From positions 160,001-224,000 of the forward strand of contig CBDCYI010000009.1 in the NCBI GenBank assembly GCA_965224085.1: 64,000 nt of DNA, given 5' to 3'. The DNA comes from Candidatus Marinacidobacterales bacterium. Lineage in GTDB: Bacteria > Acidobacteriota > Vicinamibacteria > Marinacidobacterales > SMYC01. A program made the translations under genes and the position numbers. The notes under the pieces were generated by a model, which was given only the letters and a program-made list of their open reading frames with translations, did not search any database and was not told the DNA's origin. Below, piece by piece: positions 18,243-28,474 of this stretch. Every line of letters begins with the position of its first letter. Within the stretch, counting starts at the first letter, position 1.

Positions 18243-18791
18243 TCAGTCAAGGCCGAGCAGGCCGCGTATGTCTTCTTCGAGGCGGTCCGGCGTTTTCCCG
18301 GGGTTGAAGCCTATGTGCCGCTTCACAATGACACCTTCACGGTCGATGAGATAAGTCGTCGGCATCGCGTAGATCATGAACGCATTGTCGACATCGACGT
18401 TGCTTATCAAGTTCGTGTAGCTGACGCCGAGCTTTTTCAGGTAGGCGCCCACCTCTTCCGGCGGCGGCATCCGGTCGTCGACATGAACGCCGACCACTTC
18501 GAGCCCGTCTGAAGCGTACTTCTCGGAAAGCGTTTGGAAGAACGGCATCGATTTGACGCACGGCCCGCACCAAACCGCCCAGAAATCCAGCACGACGACC
18601 TTCCCGTGCACCTTTTCGAGAGAGAATTGCTCTCCTGCGACCGTGGCGACCTCGAACGCTGGCGCTTTTTTGCCGATGACTTCTTGACGCGCACCTGCGC
18701 TTATCGTTTTCTGTTGGCACACCCGTGCGAGCCCGAAGACCAACAGAAAACTCACGCCCAGCCAGAATCCTTTGCGCTCGATGCTCTTCAT
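18243..18791 (-). CDS. TlpA/ResA family thiol-disulfide oxidoreductase
   Basis: N-terminal anchor, LDFWAVWCGPC, MPTTYLIDREG. Confidence 0.93.
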   Translation of the reverse strand: MKSIERKGFWLGVSFLLVFGLARVCQQKTISAGARQEVIGKKAPAFEVATVAGEQFSLEKVHGKVVVLDFWAVWCGPCVKSMPFFQTLSEKYASDGLEVVGVHVDDRMPPPEEVGAYLKKLGVSYTNLISNVDVDNAFMIYAMPTTYLIDREGVIVKRHIGFNPGKTPDRLEEDIRGLLGLD

Positions 18792-19789
18792 GTTGTCGCC
18801 CCCGAGACGGTTTCGGTCGCGACAGGCTCAATCGGTTCGGCTTGCTTCTCGGCAAGCCACCGCTCAGCGTCGATGGCCGCGGCGCAACCCGTGCCCGCAG
18901 CCGTCACCGCTTGCCGGTAAACCTTGTCCGCAACATCTCCACTCGCGAAGACCCCTTCGACGGAGGTCCGCGTTCCTTCCTCGAGCGTCAAGTAGCCCTG
19001 GTCGTCCGTCGCGAGCAGCCCCTGGAAGAGTCCTGTATTGGGAACGTGGCCGATCGCGACGAAAAGCGCACCGACGGCTAGCTCCGATTCCTCGCCCGAC
19101 TTGCGGTTTCGAATCCGTAGACCGCTGACATCGTTGTGCCCGAGCACTTCGACGACTTCGCTGTCCCACAGGAAATCGACTTTCTCGTTCTTGAACGCGC
19201 GGTCTTGCATGATCTTCGACGCGCGCAGCTCGTCGCGTCGGTGGATGACGGTAACTTTGGTCGCGAAACGGGTAAGAAAAAGCGCTTCTTCAATGGCCGT
19301 GTCGCCGCCGCCCACGACCGCAATCTCTTTCCCGCGGTAGAGGGCGCCATCGCAGGTCGCGCAGGCGGACACTCCGCGATTCTGGAGCTTTTTCTCCGAC
19401 TCCAGGCCGAGCCACTTCGCTGCGGCGCCCGTCGCGATCACGAGCGCGTCCGCAACATAGCTTTCCTTCGCCGTTCTCACTCGGAACGGCCGCTCGGATA
19501 AGTCGACCGATGTGGCGTCGGCGTAGACGATCTCAGCGCCAAAGCGTTCGGCTTGTTTGCGGAACAGCTCCATCATGTCGGGGCCGGTCACACCTTCGGG
19601 AAAACCCGGGTAGTTCTCCACGTCGGTGGTCAGCATCAGCTGCCCTCCGGGAATACCAATCTTGGGATCGGTGCCCGATCCTGCGATCACGAGCGGCTCG
19701 AGCTCCGCGCGTGCGGCGTAGATGGCAGCCGTATAGCCCGCGGGACCGCTGCCTATAATGATGACGCGCCTATGTTTCGTTTCAGTCAT
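18788..19789 (-). CDS. trxB: Thioredoxin reductase
   Basis: GSGPAGYTAAIY, CATCDG, GGGDTAIEE, YRQAVTAAG. Start moved to ATG 19789. Confidence 0.98.
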   Translation of the reverse strand: MTETKHRRVIIIGSGPAGYTAAIYAARAELEPLVIAGSGTDPKIGIPGGQLMLTTDVENYPGFPEGVTGPDMMELFRKQAERFGAEIVYADATSVDLSERPFRVRTAKESYVADALVIATGAAAKWLGLESEKKLQNRGVSACATCDGALYRGKEIAVVGGGDTAIEEALFLTRFATKVTVIHRRDELRASKIMQDRAFKNEKVDFLWDSEVVEVLGHNDVSGLRIRNRKSGEESELAVGALFVAIGHVPNTGLFQGLLATDDQGYLTLEEGTRTSVEGVFASGDVADKVYRQAVTAAGTGCAAAIDAERWLAEKQAEPIEPVATETVSGATT

Positions 19790-19836
19790 CGTCTCCTCGG
19801 GTCGTTGGATCAGTGGATCAGTGTCTCGCTGTCCCT

Positions 19837-20163
19837 TCAATGCAAGTGTTTTTCGAGCAGTGCGGTCAAGTTCTCCTTTGAAGTAATCCCGACGACTTGC
19901 TCGCGAATTTCACTGCCTTTGAACACGATGACGGTAGGGATGCCGCGGATATCGTAGCGGTCCGAGATGGCCGTGTTCTCGTCCACGTTCAGTTTTCCCA
20001 CGCTCGCCCGCCCGTCGAACTCCTTCGCGAGCTCGTCAATCGCGGGCGCCATCATGCGACAGGGTGCGCACCATTCTGCCCAGAAGTCTACGAGAACGGG
20101 CTTCGTCGATCGAAGCACGTCCTCGTCCCACGTCTTGGAGGTGAAGGCCCTCACTTCACTCAT
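19837..20163 (-). CDS. trxA: Thioredoxin
   Basis: VDFWAEWCAPC, IRGIPT, 108 aa. Confidence 0.97.
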   Translation of the reverse strand: MSEVRAFTSKTWDEDVLRSTKPVLVDFWAEWCAPCRMMAPAIDELAKEFDGRASVGKLNVDENTAISDRYDIRGIPTVIVFKGSEIREQVVGITSKENLTALLEKHLH

Positions 20164-20274
20164 ATCTGACCCACATTAGCAAATGCACCTACCGGAGCCT
20201 ATGACAAACTTCATGGAATACCACGGGAAGCGAGCGCATGCGTGCGTGCTATCCTCCTTTTGGTGCAACGAGCT

Positions 20275-21090
20275 ATGCCCTTCTACCCCACGCGCTCGAA
20301 AGGTCAGTGCTTTTTGACCGATCATCTTTACGTGGAGCGCATCGTCGAAGCCATTGGGCCCACAGCCGAGGAGACTCTCCTCGAGATCGGTGCGGGTGAA
20401 GGGCAGGTAACACTTCCGATGCTCGACAAAGGCGCTCGCATCGTCGCCGTCGAAGCGGATAAGCGGCTTGCGGCAAAGCTTCTCGCTCGAGCGGCGTCAG
20501 ACGACCGGCTCGAAGTGCTCCAGCAAGACGCGCTCCAAGCGGACTTTCTCGACGTCATCGCGTCCCGAAAGCTCGAGCGCACGCGTGTTTATGGAAATCT
20601 GCCCTACTCCGTCGCGGCGCCCATTTTGTTCAAGCTCATCTCGGCTGCGCCCGCGTTCAAGAGTTTTACCCTGATGTTTCAAAAAGAGGTCGCTGAACGC
20701 CTCGTCGCCTCGCCCTCGATCCCAGCATACAGTTTTCTCAGTGTCGTTGCCCAGCAAGCTGCCCAGATCCGGGTGCTCTTCAGCATCCCACCCGAAGCGT
20801 TTCGGCCGCGGCCGCGGGTTCTCTCCTCGTTGGTCGCGTTCGAGCTCCGTCACGACCGCGCCCCCGACTACGGGAATGAGGCTACCTTTCGCGCGCTCGT
20901 CAAAGGGCTCCTCGCCCACCGTCGCAAGACCATCCGCAACAACGTCAAGCATTTACGCCCCACTGGGGTGTCGCCGCAGCGCATCCGTGAGGCGCTCGAA
21001 GAGCTCGGCATCGATCCGTCGCGCCGCGCCGAAACCCTGTCGGTGCAGGAATTTGCGGAGCTCGGACGAATTTGCGCATCCCCTGCGTGA
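20275..21090 (+). CDS. rsmA: 16S rRNA (A1518/A1519) dimethyltransferase
   Basis: GQCFL, EIGAGEG, GNLPYS, MFQKEVAER, RRAETLS. Confidence 0.95.
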   Translation: MPFYPTRSKGQCFLTDHLYVERIVEAIGPTAEETLLEIGAGEGQVTLPMLDKGARIVAVEADKRLAAKLLARAASDDRLEVLQQDALQADFLDVIASRKLERTRVYGNLPYSVAAPILFKLISAAPAFKSFTLMFQKEVAERLVASPSIPAYSFLSVVAQQAAQIRVLFSIPPEAFRPRPRVLSSLVAFELRHDRAPDYGNEATFRALVKGLLAHRRKTIRNNVKHLRPTGVSPQRIREALEELGIDPSRRAETLSVQEFAELGRICASPA

Positions 21091-21147
21091 TTTTCTGGTA
21101 GTATTTAAGCAATTCCTGAGGATCAGGAAGCTAAACACTTACCACTA

Positions 21148-22824
21148 ATGGTGAAATCTGTCGAACGTGAGCCTTTGGACATTGTGCCGTTGGGAGGCCT
21201 CGGCGAGTTTGGTCTCAACATGATGACCTTTCGTCACGGCGACACGATGCTCGTCGTCGACGCGGGCATCATGTTCCCTGGCCCCGAGCACCCCGGCATC
21301 AACATCCTCATGCCGGACACGCGCTATCTCGAGGAGCATCGCCACTTGTTCCGCGGGATAGTCTTGACCCACGCGCATGAAGATCACATCGGCGCGCTTC
21401 CCCAAGTCCTCGAACAATTCAACGTTCCTGTCTACGGGACCAAATTGACGCTCGGCATGGTGCGCCGGAAGCTTTTTGAGTATGACCTCGATTCCAAAGT
21501 GGCGCTCCACGAAATCTCGCCAGGCGAGTCGTTTTCGGTTGGGAGCTTCGGTACGGAGCTCGTTCCGATGACCCATAGCCTCGCCGATGCGGTGGCTGTC
21601 GTTCTCGATACGCCCCAGGGGAAGATCGTCCACACCGGGGACTTCAAAGTGGACGAAGCGCCCCCGGTAGGACCGCCCATCGATTTGAAGCGACTTGCGG
21701 AGCTCGGAAAAGACGGTGTGCTCTGCATGCTCTCGGACAGCACAAATGCTGAAGTCGCCGGCCGCACCGGCAATGAAAACTCGGTTGCCGAAGCGATCAA
21801 GACTCTTATCACTGAAGCCCCCGGCCGCGTGCTGCTCTCGTGTTTCACTTCGAGCACGCATCGGATACAGATCGCGCTCGACGTCGCGGCCAAGCTGGGG
21901 CGGAAAGTGGCGCTCGTCGGCCGGAGCATGGTCGACAACACGCAGACGGCGATGGATCTCGGCTACATGAAAGCGCCGGCGGGCTTGATTCGTGGGATCG
22001 AGGAGTTCGACCAAGTCCCGCGGCACAAACAGCTCTTCATCACTGCCGGAAGCCAAGGCGAGCCCTTTTCCGCGCTCGCCCAAGTCGCGAACGACACGCA
22101 TCGCTACATCTCGGTCGAGCCGGGCGACCGCGTCCTCATGAGCGCGCGCGTCATCCCCGGAAACGCGCGCGCAGTCAACGGCGTCGTCAACCGCTTGCAT
22201 CGTCTCGGAGCCGATGTCTTCCAGCCTGGCCGCGCCGATATTCACGTTTCCGGGCATGCGAGCGCCGAGGATCTGGACATGGTGCTCCGCCTCGTCCAAC
22301 CGGAGAGCTTCGTGCCCATTCATGGCGAGTGGCGCCAGCTCTTCCATCACGCGAAGATCGCGCGCGATGGCGGCGTCGACCCCGACGCCGTTTTCCTTGC
22401 CGAGGACGGCGACGTGCTCCGCTTCGAGGAAGGCTCGGCGGCGATCGTCGATCACTTCGACACTGAGCGCGAGCTTGTCGACGCAAGCGGCCTCGGGCTC
22501 GTCGATGACTGCGTGATACGCGACCGCCGACGCCTCTCCGCCGCTGGAGTCGTTGTTCCGATGCTATCGCTTACGTCGAACGGTGCGCCTATTGTATCGG
22601 ACATCTTGTCGCGCGGCTTCGTGGACAACGAAGACGCCGAGGCCATGCTCAGCGAAGCGCACGATGTCGTGCTCGACGCGGTGCGCGCGCTTTCGTCCGA
22701 GGAGTCCGAGAGCGAGCAAGCCGTGGAAGATCTCGTCGAGGTGACGCTCAAGCGCTTTTTTCGCAAGAAAGGCATCCGGCGTCCCGTAATCCTCCCTGTT
22801 GTCTTGGAGGCGGAGGAAGAGTGA
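21148..22824 (+). CDS. rnj: Ribonuclease J
   Basis: PLGGLGEFG, THAHEDHIG, HTGDFK, DSTNA, HVSGH, PIHGE. Confidence 0.97.
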   Translation: MVKSVEREPLDIVPLGGLGEFGLNMMTFRHGDTMLVVDAGIMFPGPEHPGINILMPDTRYLEEHRHLFRGIVLTHAHEDHIGALPQVLEQFNVPVYGTKLTLGMVRRKLFEYDLDSKVALHEISPGESFSVGSFGTELVPMTHSLADAVAVVLDTPQGKIVHTGDFKVDEAPPVGPPIDLKRLAELGKDGVLCMLSDSTNAEVAGRTGNENSVAEAIKTLITEAPGRVLLSCFTSSTHRIQIALDVAAKLGRKVALVGRSMVDNTQTAMDLGYMKAPAGLIRGIEEFDQVPRHKQLFITAGSQGEPFSALAQVANDTHRYISVEPGDRVLMSARVIPGNARAVNGVVNRLHRLGADVFQPGRADIHVSGHASAEDLDMVLRLVQPESFVPIHGEWRQLFHHAKIARDGGVDPDAVFLAEDGDVLRFEEGSAAIVDHFDTERELVDASGLGLVDDCVIRDRRRLSAAGVVVPMLSLTSNGAPIVSDILSRGFVDNEDAEAMLSEAHDVVLDAVRALSSEESESEQAVEDLVEVTLKRFFRKKGIRRPVILPVVLEAEEE

Positions 22825-23621
22825 GCATCGCGGCGGCGATTTGGCTCGGCACAGTCCAGGGGTTGACCGAGTTTCTCCCTGTGTCGAGCGCTGGCCACTT
22901 GGCCATCGCTCAACATTTCATGGCAGGTTTCGACCAGCCGGGCCTCCTCTTCGACATCGTGCTGCATCTTGGCACTTTGGGAGCGGTGCTCCTCTATTTT
23001 CGTGAAGAGCTTGTTTTTCTTTCTACCGGTCTCAGGCCAGGGTCTTCGGGCTCCGCCGCTCGGCGACTGATCGGTCTTCTTGCGCTCAGCACCGTCCCCA
23101 TCGTCATCGCGGCGCTTCTCTTCAAGAATCGGATCGAGCAGAGCTTCCAGCAACTGTGGCTCATCGGAACTTCGCTCTGTGTGACGGGCGGGTGGCTTCT
23201 GCTGTCGTCGCGATCGTCCTCGGGCAGGCGACAGCTCCAGGAACTAACGGTGCGCGACGCTCTCATTGTTGGCCTCTTCCAAAGCATGGCTCTTCTTCCG
23301 GGCATTTCGCGCTCGGGAACGACGATCGGCGCCGGCCTCATACGCGGATTCGAGCATAGCACCGCCGCCCGTTTTTCCTTCTTGCTCTCCATTCCCGCCA
23401 TCGTCGGCGCGGCCGTTCTCAACCTGAAGGACACGGCATTCGTGGGAAGCGACGCTGTTTTTTGCTACTTCGTGGGGTTTGTAACGGCGTTCGCCATCGG
23501 CTACGTGGCCATCGGCATCGTCATCAGGTTTCTAGAGAGCCAAAAATTTCACGTGTTCGGCTACTATTGCCTCGTCGTAGGAGGAGCGGTCCTTGGCTAC
23601 GTCACGCTCGGTAACTCATAG
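22821..23621 (+). CDS. uppP: Undecaprenyl-diphosphate phosphatase (BacA)
   Basis: QGLTEFLPVSSAGH, PGISRSG, ARFSFLLSIP. Confidence 0.96.
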   Translation: MSIAAAIWLGTVQGLTEFLPVSSAGHLAIAQHFMAGFDQPGLLFDIVLHLGTLGAVLLYFREELVFLSTGLRPGSSGSAARRLIGLLALSTVPIVIAALLFKNRIEQSFQQLWLIGTSLCVTGGWLLLSSRSSSGRRQLQELTVRDALIVGLFQSMALLPGISRSGTTIGAGLIRGFEHSTAARFSFLLSIPAIVGAAVLNLKDTAFVGSDAVFCYFVGFVTAFAIGYVAIGIVIRFLESQKFHVFGYYCLVVGGAVLGYVTLGNS

Positions 23622-25875
23622 AAACCACGCCAAAAGTTGGGTCCCGGCAGAAAGACTTTCCGAGATCCTCGGCATCGCTCTGATGGCATCCGCGCTCATG
23701 CTGGCAGTGAGTCTCTTGTCCCATTCTCCGGGAGATCCCGCGTGGTATTTCAAGGAGACGATGCCTCGCCCGACCCATAACTTGATTGGGCCGGCCGGCG
23801 CATTCCTCTCCGAAGCGTTTCTTCAGGTCTTCGGTCTCGCCTCTTACCTTCTTTCGATTTTGCTCTTCTTCGCGGGGTGGAACCGTTTCTGGTGCCAGCC
23901 GCTCGACTCGCGGATGAGCAAGGTCGTAGGTATCGGGACTCTCGTTCTAACGTTTTCCGGTCTGCTGGCGCTTGCGCTCGGTGAGCTCCCACTCGAAGGC
24001 CAACTGACGCCCGCCGGTGGTGCGCTTGGACAGCTGCTGGCGTCTTATCTCGTCACGCTTTTGAACCCGATCGGTGCTTTCATTCTGCTCGTCACGGTGA
24101 TGTTTGCCGCTCTGAGCGTGGCCACGCACTGGTCTCTCAGCGCTGGTGTCAAGAGCTTCCGTCGTTGGCAGAAGCGCAAATTCGCCGAAGCGCTCACGGC
24201 GTTTCACCATTTTCGCGAGAGCCGTCGAAAGCAAAAGCTCCGCGAACGTGTCGTGAAGAAGCACGCGAAACGCGCACGCCTCGGGAAGAAGAAAGAGGAA
24301 GAGCAAACTGAGGCGGACGCGAAGAAGCGAAAAGAGCGCCCAGGGAAGACGACCGTCACCCAGAAGTCCCCTCCGACCCCTCAAAAACAGGAGCTCCTCC
24401 CTTTCACGCCGAAGAAAGGCCGGTGGAACGCTCCTCCCTTCGGGATCCTCGACGTACTAAGCCACGAAGTACCGACCGATGAAAAGGAGTTGATGGAGCG
24501 GGCCAAGCTTCTTGAGCAGCGCTGCGGTGAGTTCGCGGTTCAGGGCCATGTGCAACAGATCCACCCCGGACCCGTCGTGACGACGTTCGAGTTCAAACCC
24601 AACGCGGGGATCAAGTACAGCAAAATCACTGCGCTTGCCGAAGATCTGTGCCTCGCGCTCAAAGCCGAGTCCGTGCGCATCGACCGCATCTCGGGGAAAT
24701 CCACCGTGGGCATCGAGATCCCAAATGTGAAGCGCGAAACGATTGGCCTTCGCGAGATTCTCGAATCGGAAGAGTTCAAGGGAAGCGCGGCACGTCTCAC
24801 ATTGGTGCTCGGGAAAACCATCCATGGCGCGTCTTTTGTGAGCGACCTCGCGCGCATGCCGCACCTTCTTATCGCGGGCGCAACCGGAAGCGGCAAGTCC
24901 GTTCTCTTGAACAGCCTCATCTGCTCCATCCTCTACAAATCGACGCCGGACGAAGTCAAGTTGATCTTGATCGACCCGAAGCATATCGAGCTCGGCGTCT
25001 ATCAAGACATCCCGCACCTCTTGACGCCGGTCATCACCGATCCGAAAAAAGCGGGCGACGTTTTGAAATGGATCGTCTACGAGATGGAGAGCCGCATCAA
25101 GATGCTCGCCTCCGAAGGCGTTCGCAACATCGACCAGTACAACAACATCATCCGGGGCGCGGCCGAGGCCGGTGAGACGCGAGAAAACGACCAAGGCGAG
25201 CCTCTAAAACCGCTCCCCTATGTGATGGTGATGATCGACGAGCTTGCGGATCTCATGATGGTTTCCTCCTCGGACGTCGAGGACGCGATCACGCGCCTCG
25301 CGCAGATGGCGCGCGCGGTCGGCATCCATCTCGTTCTCGCGACCCAGCGTCCTTCGGTGGACGTCATCACCGGTATCATCAAAGCGAATTTCCCGACGCG
25401 CATCGCCTTTCGTGTCGCCTCCCGTGTTGATTCGCGGACTATCCTCGACGGGAATGGCGCCGAGCAGCTGCTCGGCCGCGGCGACATGCTGTTCTTGCCC
25501 CCGGGCTCGGCCAGGCTCCTCCGCCTGCACGGCCCTTTCGTTTCGGAGGCCGAAGTGGGCCGCCTCGTCGCCTTTTGGAGGCGCGAGGGCAAACCGGAAT
25601 ATAACAAAGCGATTCTGGAGGCGCAGGAATCGAATGAGGTCGCTGCCTTCGAAAAAGACGAGCTTTTTGATAAAGCGGCCCGCGTTGTCGTGGAGACGCG
25701 TGCGGCATCCACGTCTCATTTGCAGCGGCGTTTGCGGCTCGGCTATAGCCGAGCCGCGCGCATCATGGACATGTTGGAAGCGGATGGTATCGTGGGCCCG
25801 TCCGAGGGCTCGAATCGGCGTGAGGTGCTTGTTCCCAAGGATTACTTCGATGAGGTCGATCACCAGTTGCGCTAG
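23593..25875 (+). CDS. ftsK: DNA translocase FtsK
   Basis: 4-TM N-terminus, PHLLIAGATGSGKS, IDELADLM, ATQRPSVDV, C-terminal gamma domain LQRRLRLGYSRAARIMD. Confidence 0.97.
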   Translation: MATSRSVTHRNHAKSWVPAERLSEILGIALMASALMLAVSLLSHSPGDPAWYFKETMPRPTHNLIGPAGAFLSEAFLQVFGLASYLLSILLFFAGWNRFWCQPLDSRMSKVVGIGTLVLTFSGLLALALGELPLEGQLTPAGGALGQLLASYLVTLLNPIGAFILLVTVMFAALSVATHWSLSAGVKSFRRWQKRKFAEALTAFHHFRESRRKQKLRERVVKKHAKRARLGKKKEEEQTEADAKKRKERPGKTTVTQKSPPTPQKQELLPFTPKKGRWNAPPFGILDVLSHEVPTDEKELMERAKLLEQRCGEFAVQGHVQQIHPGPVVTTFEFKPNAGIKYSKITALAEDLCLALKAESVRIDRISGKSTVGIEIPNVKRETIGLREILESEEFKGSAARLTLVLGKTIHGASFVSDLARMPHLLIAGATGSGKSVLLNSLICSILYKSTPDEVKLILIDPKHIELGVYQDIPHLLTPVITDPKKAGDVLKWIVYEMESRIKMLASEGVRNIDQYNNIIRGAAEAGETRENDQGEPLKPLPYVMVMIDELADLMMVSSSDVEDAITRLAQMARAVGIHLVLATQRPSVDVITGIIKANFPTRIAFRVASRVDSRTILDGNGAEQLLGRGDMLFLPPGSARLLRLHGPFVSEAEVGRLVAFWRREGKPEYNKAILEAQESNEVAAFEKDELFDKAARVVVETRAASTSHLQRRLRLGYSRAARIMDMLEADGIVGPSEGSNRREVLVPKDYFDEVDHQLR

Positions 25876-27625
25876 GACGGAGAGTCTCGGCGGCGTCGTC
25901 CTCGTTGCTCTGTTTTGGTCGTTCCCCGGGACGGGTAACGCGCAGAGGTCCGCGTCGACGCTCTATAAAGACGCCCAGAGCGCCGAAAAGCGACTCCATC
26001 AGTCGAAGTCACGTCTCGCAAAGAAGTCCGATTGGACGAGCGTCGCGAAGCTCTATCGTAAAGTCGTGCTCGCCCATCCCCGAAGCGGCTATTCCGACGA
26101 CGCGCTCTACTACGAGGCCGAGATCTACCTCGAGATATTTCGCCGTTTCGACGACCGGGCCGCGTTGATACACGCGCTCGACAGCTATCTTCTTCTCGCG
26201 AACGGATACCCCACGAGCCGATGGGCGAGAAAAGCCCGCCTCAGCCGCGGGAAGCTCTATCTCGAAACGTTATCGGATCGCAAATCTGCGAGTATCGCGC
26301 TTCGCAAGGTGACATCCCTATGGCCCAATGCGAGCGAAGCAGCTGAGGCGCGGCGCTTGCTCGACATCCTTTTGCGGCCCGAGTCCGCGGCGAGCGAGAA
26401 GCTTCCTAAAGGCGTCGTCGGCGTGCGCAACATCCGGCACTGGTCGGACTCGAAGCGCGAGTACACCAGGGTCGTCATTGATCTCGACAAGGACGTCAAA
26501 TATCGCCAAGGACAGCTCGAGAACCCGGACCGCATCTACTTCGACCTCATCGGTACGCGCGTGACCAAGGCGCTCGCCAGAAAGAGCTTTCCCGTCGAGG
26601 GAGATTTCCTGAGGCAGATCCGCGTCGGGCAAAACAAGCCAGGCGTCGTGCGGGTGGTGCTCGATTTCAAGCGCATCAGCGAGTACAACGTATTCTGGCT
26701 TCCCGAGCCCTATCGGCTCGTCGTGGATATCTCCGGCCAGAAGCCGCGCTCCGAAGCTCTCGTCGCCGAGCAGACTCCCCGACCGGCGCCTCCTCCGCAG
26801 ACCACACCGACACCAAAAACCCCGCGCACACCCGCGGCCGACGACAGCGCAGCTCTCAAGCTTCCGCCCGCGCCCACGCGCGACGGCTTCTCGACCGCGC
26901 GGCAGTTCGGCTTGAGCGTCGGCCGCGTGCTCATTGACCCGGGCCATGGCGGGCGCGACCCGGGGACACAGAGCAAGAAGCTCCAGGAAAAAAACCTCGT
27001 GCTCGACATCTCGAAGCGGGTGGCGAAGCTTCTTCAGCAAGATAATTTCGAGGTCATGATGACCAGGGGCTCCGACATCTTCATCCCTCTCGAGGAGCGC
27101 ACGGCCATCGCAAACTCCAAGGGGGCCGACCTCTTCGTGTCGATCCACGTCAACGCCTCGCGCAGCTCGCGACCCCGCGGTACCGAGACCTACTTCCTCA
27201 ACCTCACCAACGACCCGGTTGCCGCCGAGGTCGCCGCGAGAGAGAACGCAACAACCACGCGCCGGCTCTCGGAGCTCAACGATTTGCTGCAGAAGGTCAT
27301 GAACAACAGCAAGATTACCGAATCGCGCGAACTCGCGACCCACGTTCAGAACTCGATGGCGGGGGACCTTTTTTCGTCGGCGAAGGACTCGAGAAACCGC
27401 GGCGTGAAGAAGGCACCGTTCTACGTGCTTCTCGGGGCCCAGATGCCGGCTGTTCTCGTCGAAGTCGCCTATCTCTCGAACCGCAAGGACGAGGCGCTAC
27501 TCGCCAACGTCGCTTATCGTCAGAAAGTCGCCAAATCCATCGCCAAAGGCATCCGCACGTACCACGAAGCGCTGGGGCGAACGACGATGACCGCTCCGGC
27601 CGCTCGCGGCGTCGCTCCCCAATAA
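25850..27625 (+). CDS. N-acetylmuramoyl-L-alanine amidase (TPR + AMIN + Amidase_3)
   Basis: IDPGHGGRDPG, EKNLVL, FVSIHVN, LVEVAYLSN, AMIN-like TRVVIDL. Start placed after the ftsK overlap. Confidence 0.93.
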   Translation: MRSITSCARTESLGGVVLVALFWSFPGTGNAQRSASTLYKDAQSAEKRLHQSKSRLAKKSDWTSVAKLYRKVVLAHPRSGYSDDALYYEAEIYLEIFRRFDDRAALIHALDSYLLLANGYPTSRWARKARLSRGKLYLETLSDRKSASIALRKVTSLWPNASEAAEARRLLDILLRPESAASEKLPKGVVGVRNIRHWSDSKREYTRVVIDLDKDVKYRQGQLENPDRIYFDLIGTRVTKALARKSFPVEGDFLRQIRVGQNKPGVVRVVLDFKRISEYNVFWLPEPYRLVVDISGQKPRSEALVAEQTPRPAPPPQTTPTPKTPRTPAADDSAALKLPPAPTRDGFSTARQFGLSVGRVLIDPGHGGRDPGTQSKKLQEKNLVLDISKRVAKLLQQDNFEVMMTRGSDIFIPLEERTAIANSKGADLFVSIHVNASRSSRPRGTETYFLNLTNDPVAAEVAARENATTTRRLSELNDLLQKVMNNSKITESRELATHVQNSMAGDLFSSAKDSRNRGVKKAPFYVLLGAQMPAVLVEVAYLSNRKDEALLANVAYRQKVAKSIAKGIRTYHEALGRTTMTAPAARGVAPQ

Positions 27626-27634
27626 GGTGTTACA

Positions 27635-27910
27635 ATGCGCTCAATGGAGCGCTTTTTGGCCTTTCTGCTGCTACAAGCGAATCAACCCGCCATTCGCTAT
27701 TTTACGCTAAAGGACCCGAACCCGGAGCCCTCCTACGTATGGGTCATCCTGAACGCGTTCTTTTTCATCGGGGTCATGCTGCTCGTCACGTTTAGCCTCG
27801 GGGTGGTGTTCGGCGGCTTTCGTTACTGGCTTCTGACGAAGTTCCCTAACAACAAGTTCAACGGAACCGACGAAGAGGACCTCATCCATTCTTTCCGTTT
27901 GAACGACTGA
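27635..27910 (+). CDS. Small membrane hypothetical protein
   Basis: One long hydrophobic segment; follows the amidase in the operon. Confidence 0.65.
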   Translation: MRSMERFLAFLLLQANQPAIRYFTLKDPNPEPSYVWVILNAFFFIGVMLLVTFSLGVVFGGFRYWLLTKFPNNKFNGTDEEDLIHSFRLND

Positions 27911-27922
27911 TCCGTCAGCCTG

Positions 27923-28474
27923 CTACCGGCGGATCCGGACCCGAGCACGGATCGCACATCCTTCAGACGTCGGAGCGGAAACGACAGCCCCGTGACCAAT
28001 GCCGGGGGGAACGCGGAAGACGACCCGCTCGTAGCCGCGCAAGAAACCTTCCCCACCGCACGGGTGGCACCAGCCGTAGAATTCGATCCCCCGTCCCGAG
28101 CAGCGCGGACACTCGCGCTCGCGAGGCACCTCGAGCGCGACCTCGCCGCCGCGGGCGGCTTCCTCGAGCGACATGACGATGTCGACGTGCGCCGGAGGCG
28201 CATCGCGGCGCGGCTGGACCTCGCGAAAGGGCACGAGCGGCTCTTCGAATCCGCCGGTCCAGCTTACCGGCGTTGTGGTCGGCGGGGTGTCGTAGGCACG
28301 GCGTCGCTCGGGATCGGATAGCGTTTCATAGGCCGTTTGCAGGGTGCGAAAACGTTCGACGTCGCCCGGTGTGCCGCTATCCGGATGGACTGCCTTCACG
28401 AGAGCGCGATAGGCCTTCTTGATTTCGGCCTCCGTGTCGCCGCGCGAGACACCGAGGACCTCGTAGTAGTCCAA
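27923..28474 (-). CDS. J-domain protein with a partial zinc finger
   Basis: DYYEVLGV, HPD motif, AYETLSDP, two CxxCxGxG repeats (CPRCSGRG, CHPCGGEG), short C-terminal domain. Confidence 0.88.
   Translation of the reverse strand: MDYYEVLGVSRGDTEAEIKKAYRALVKAVHPDSGTPGDVERFRTLQTAYETLSDPERRRAYDTPPTTTPVSWTGGFEEPLVPFREVQPRRDAPPAHVDIVMSLEEAARGGEVALEVPRERECPRCSGRGIEFYGWCHPCGGEGFLRGYERVVFRVPPGIGHGAVVSAPTSEGCAIRARVRIRR

Noticed and set aside
21145-22455. Long antisense ORFs (also 2610-3737, 4175-5275, 26318-27343, 52119-53042)
   Set aside because: Typical high-GC shadow frames opposite well-supported genes, with no motifs.
25412-25849. N-terminal extension of the amidase ORF
   Set aside because: Lies inside ftsK in another frame. 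The signal-like segment begins only after 25850.
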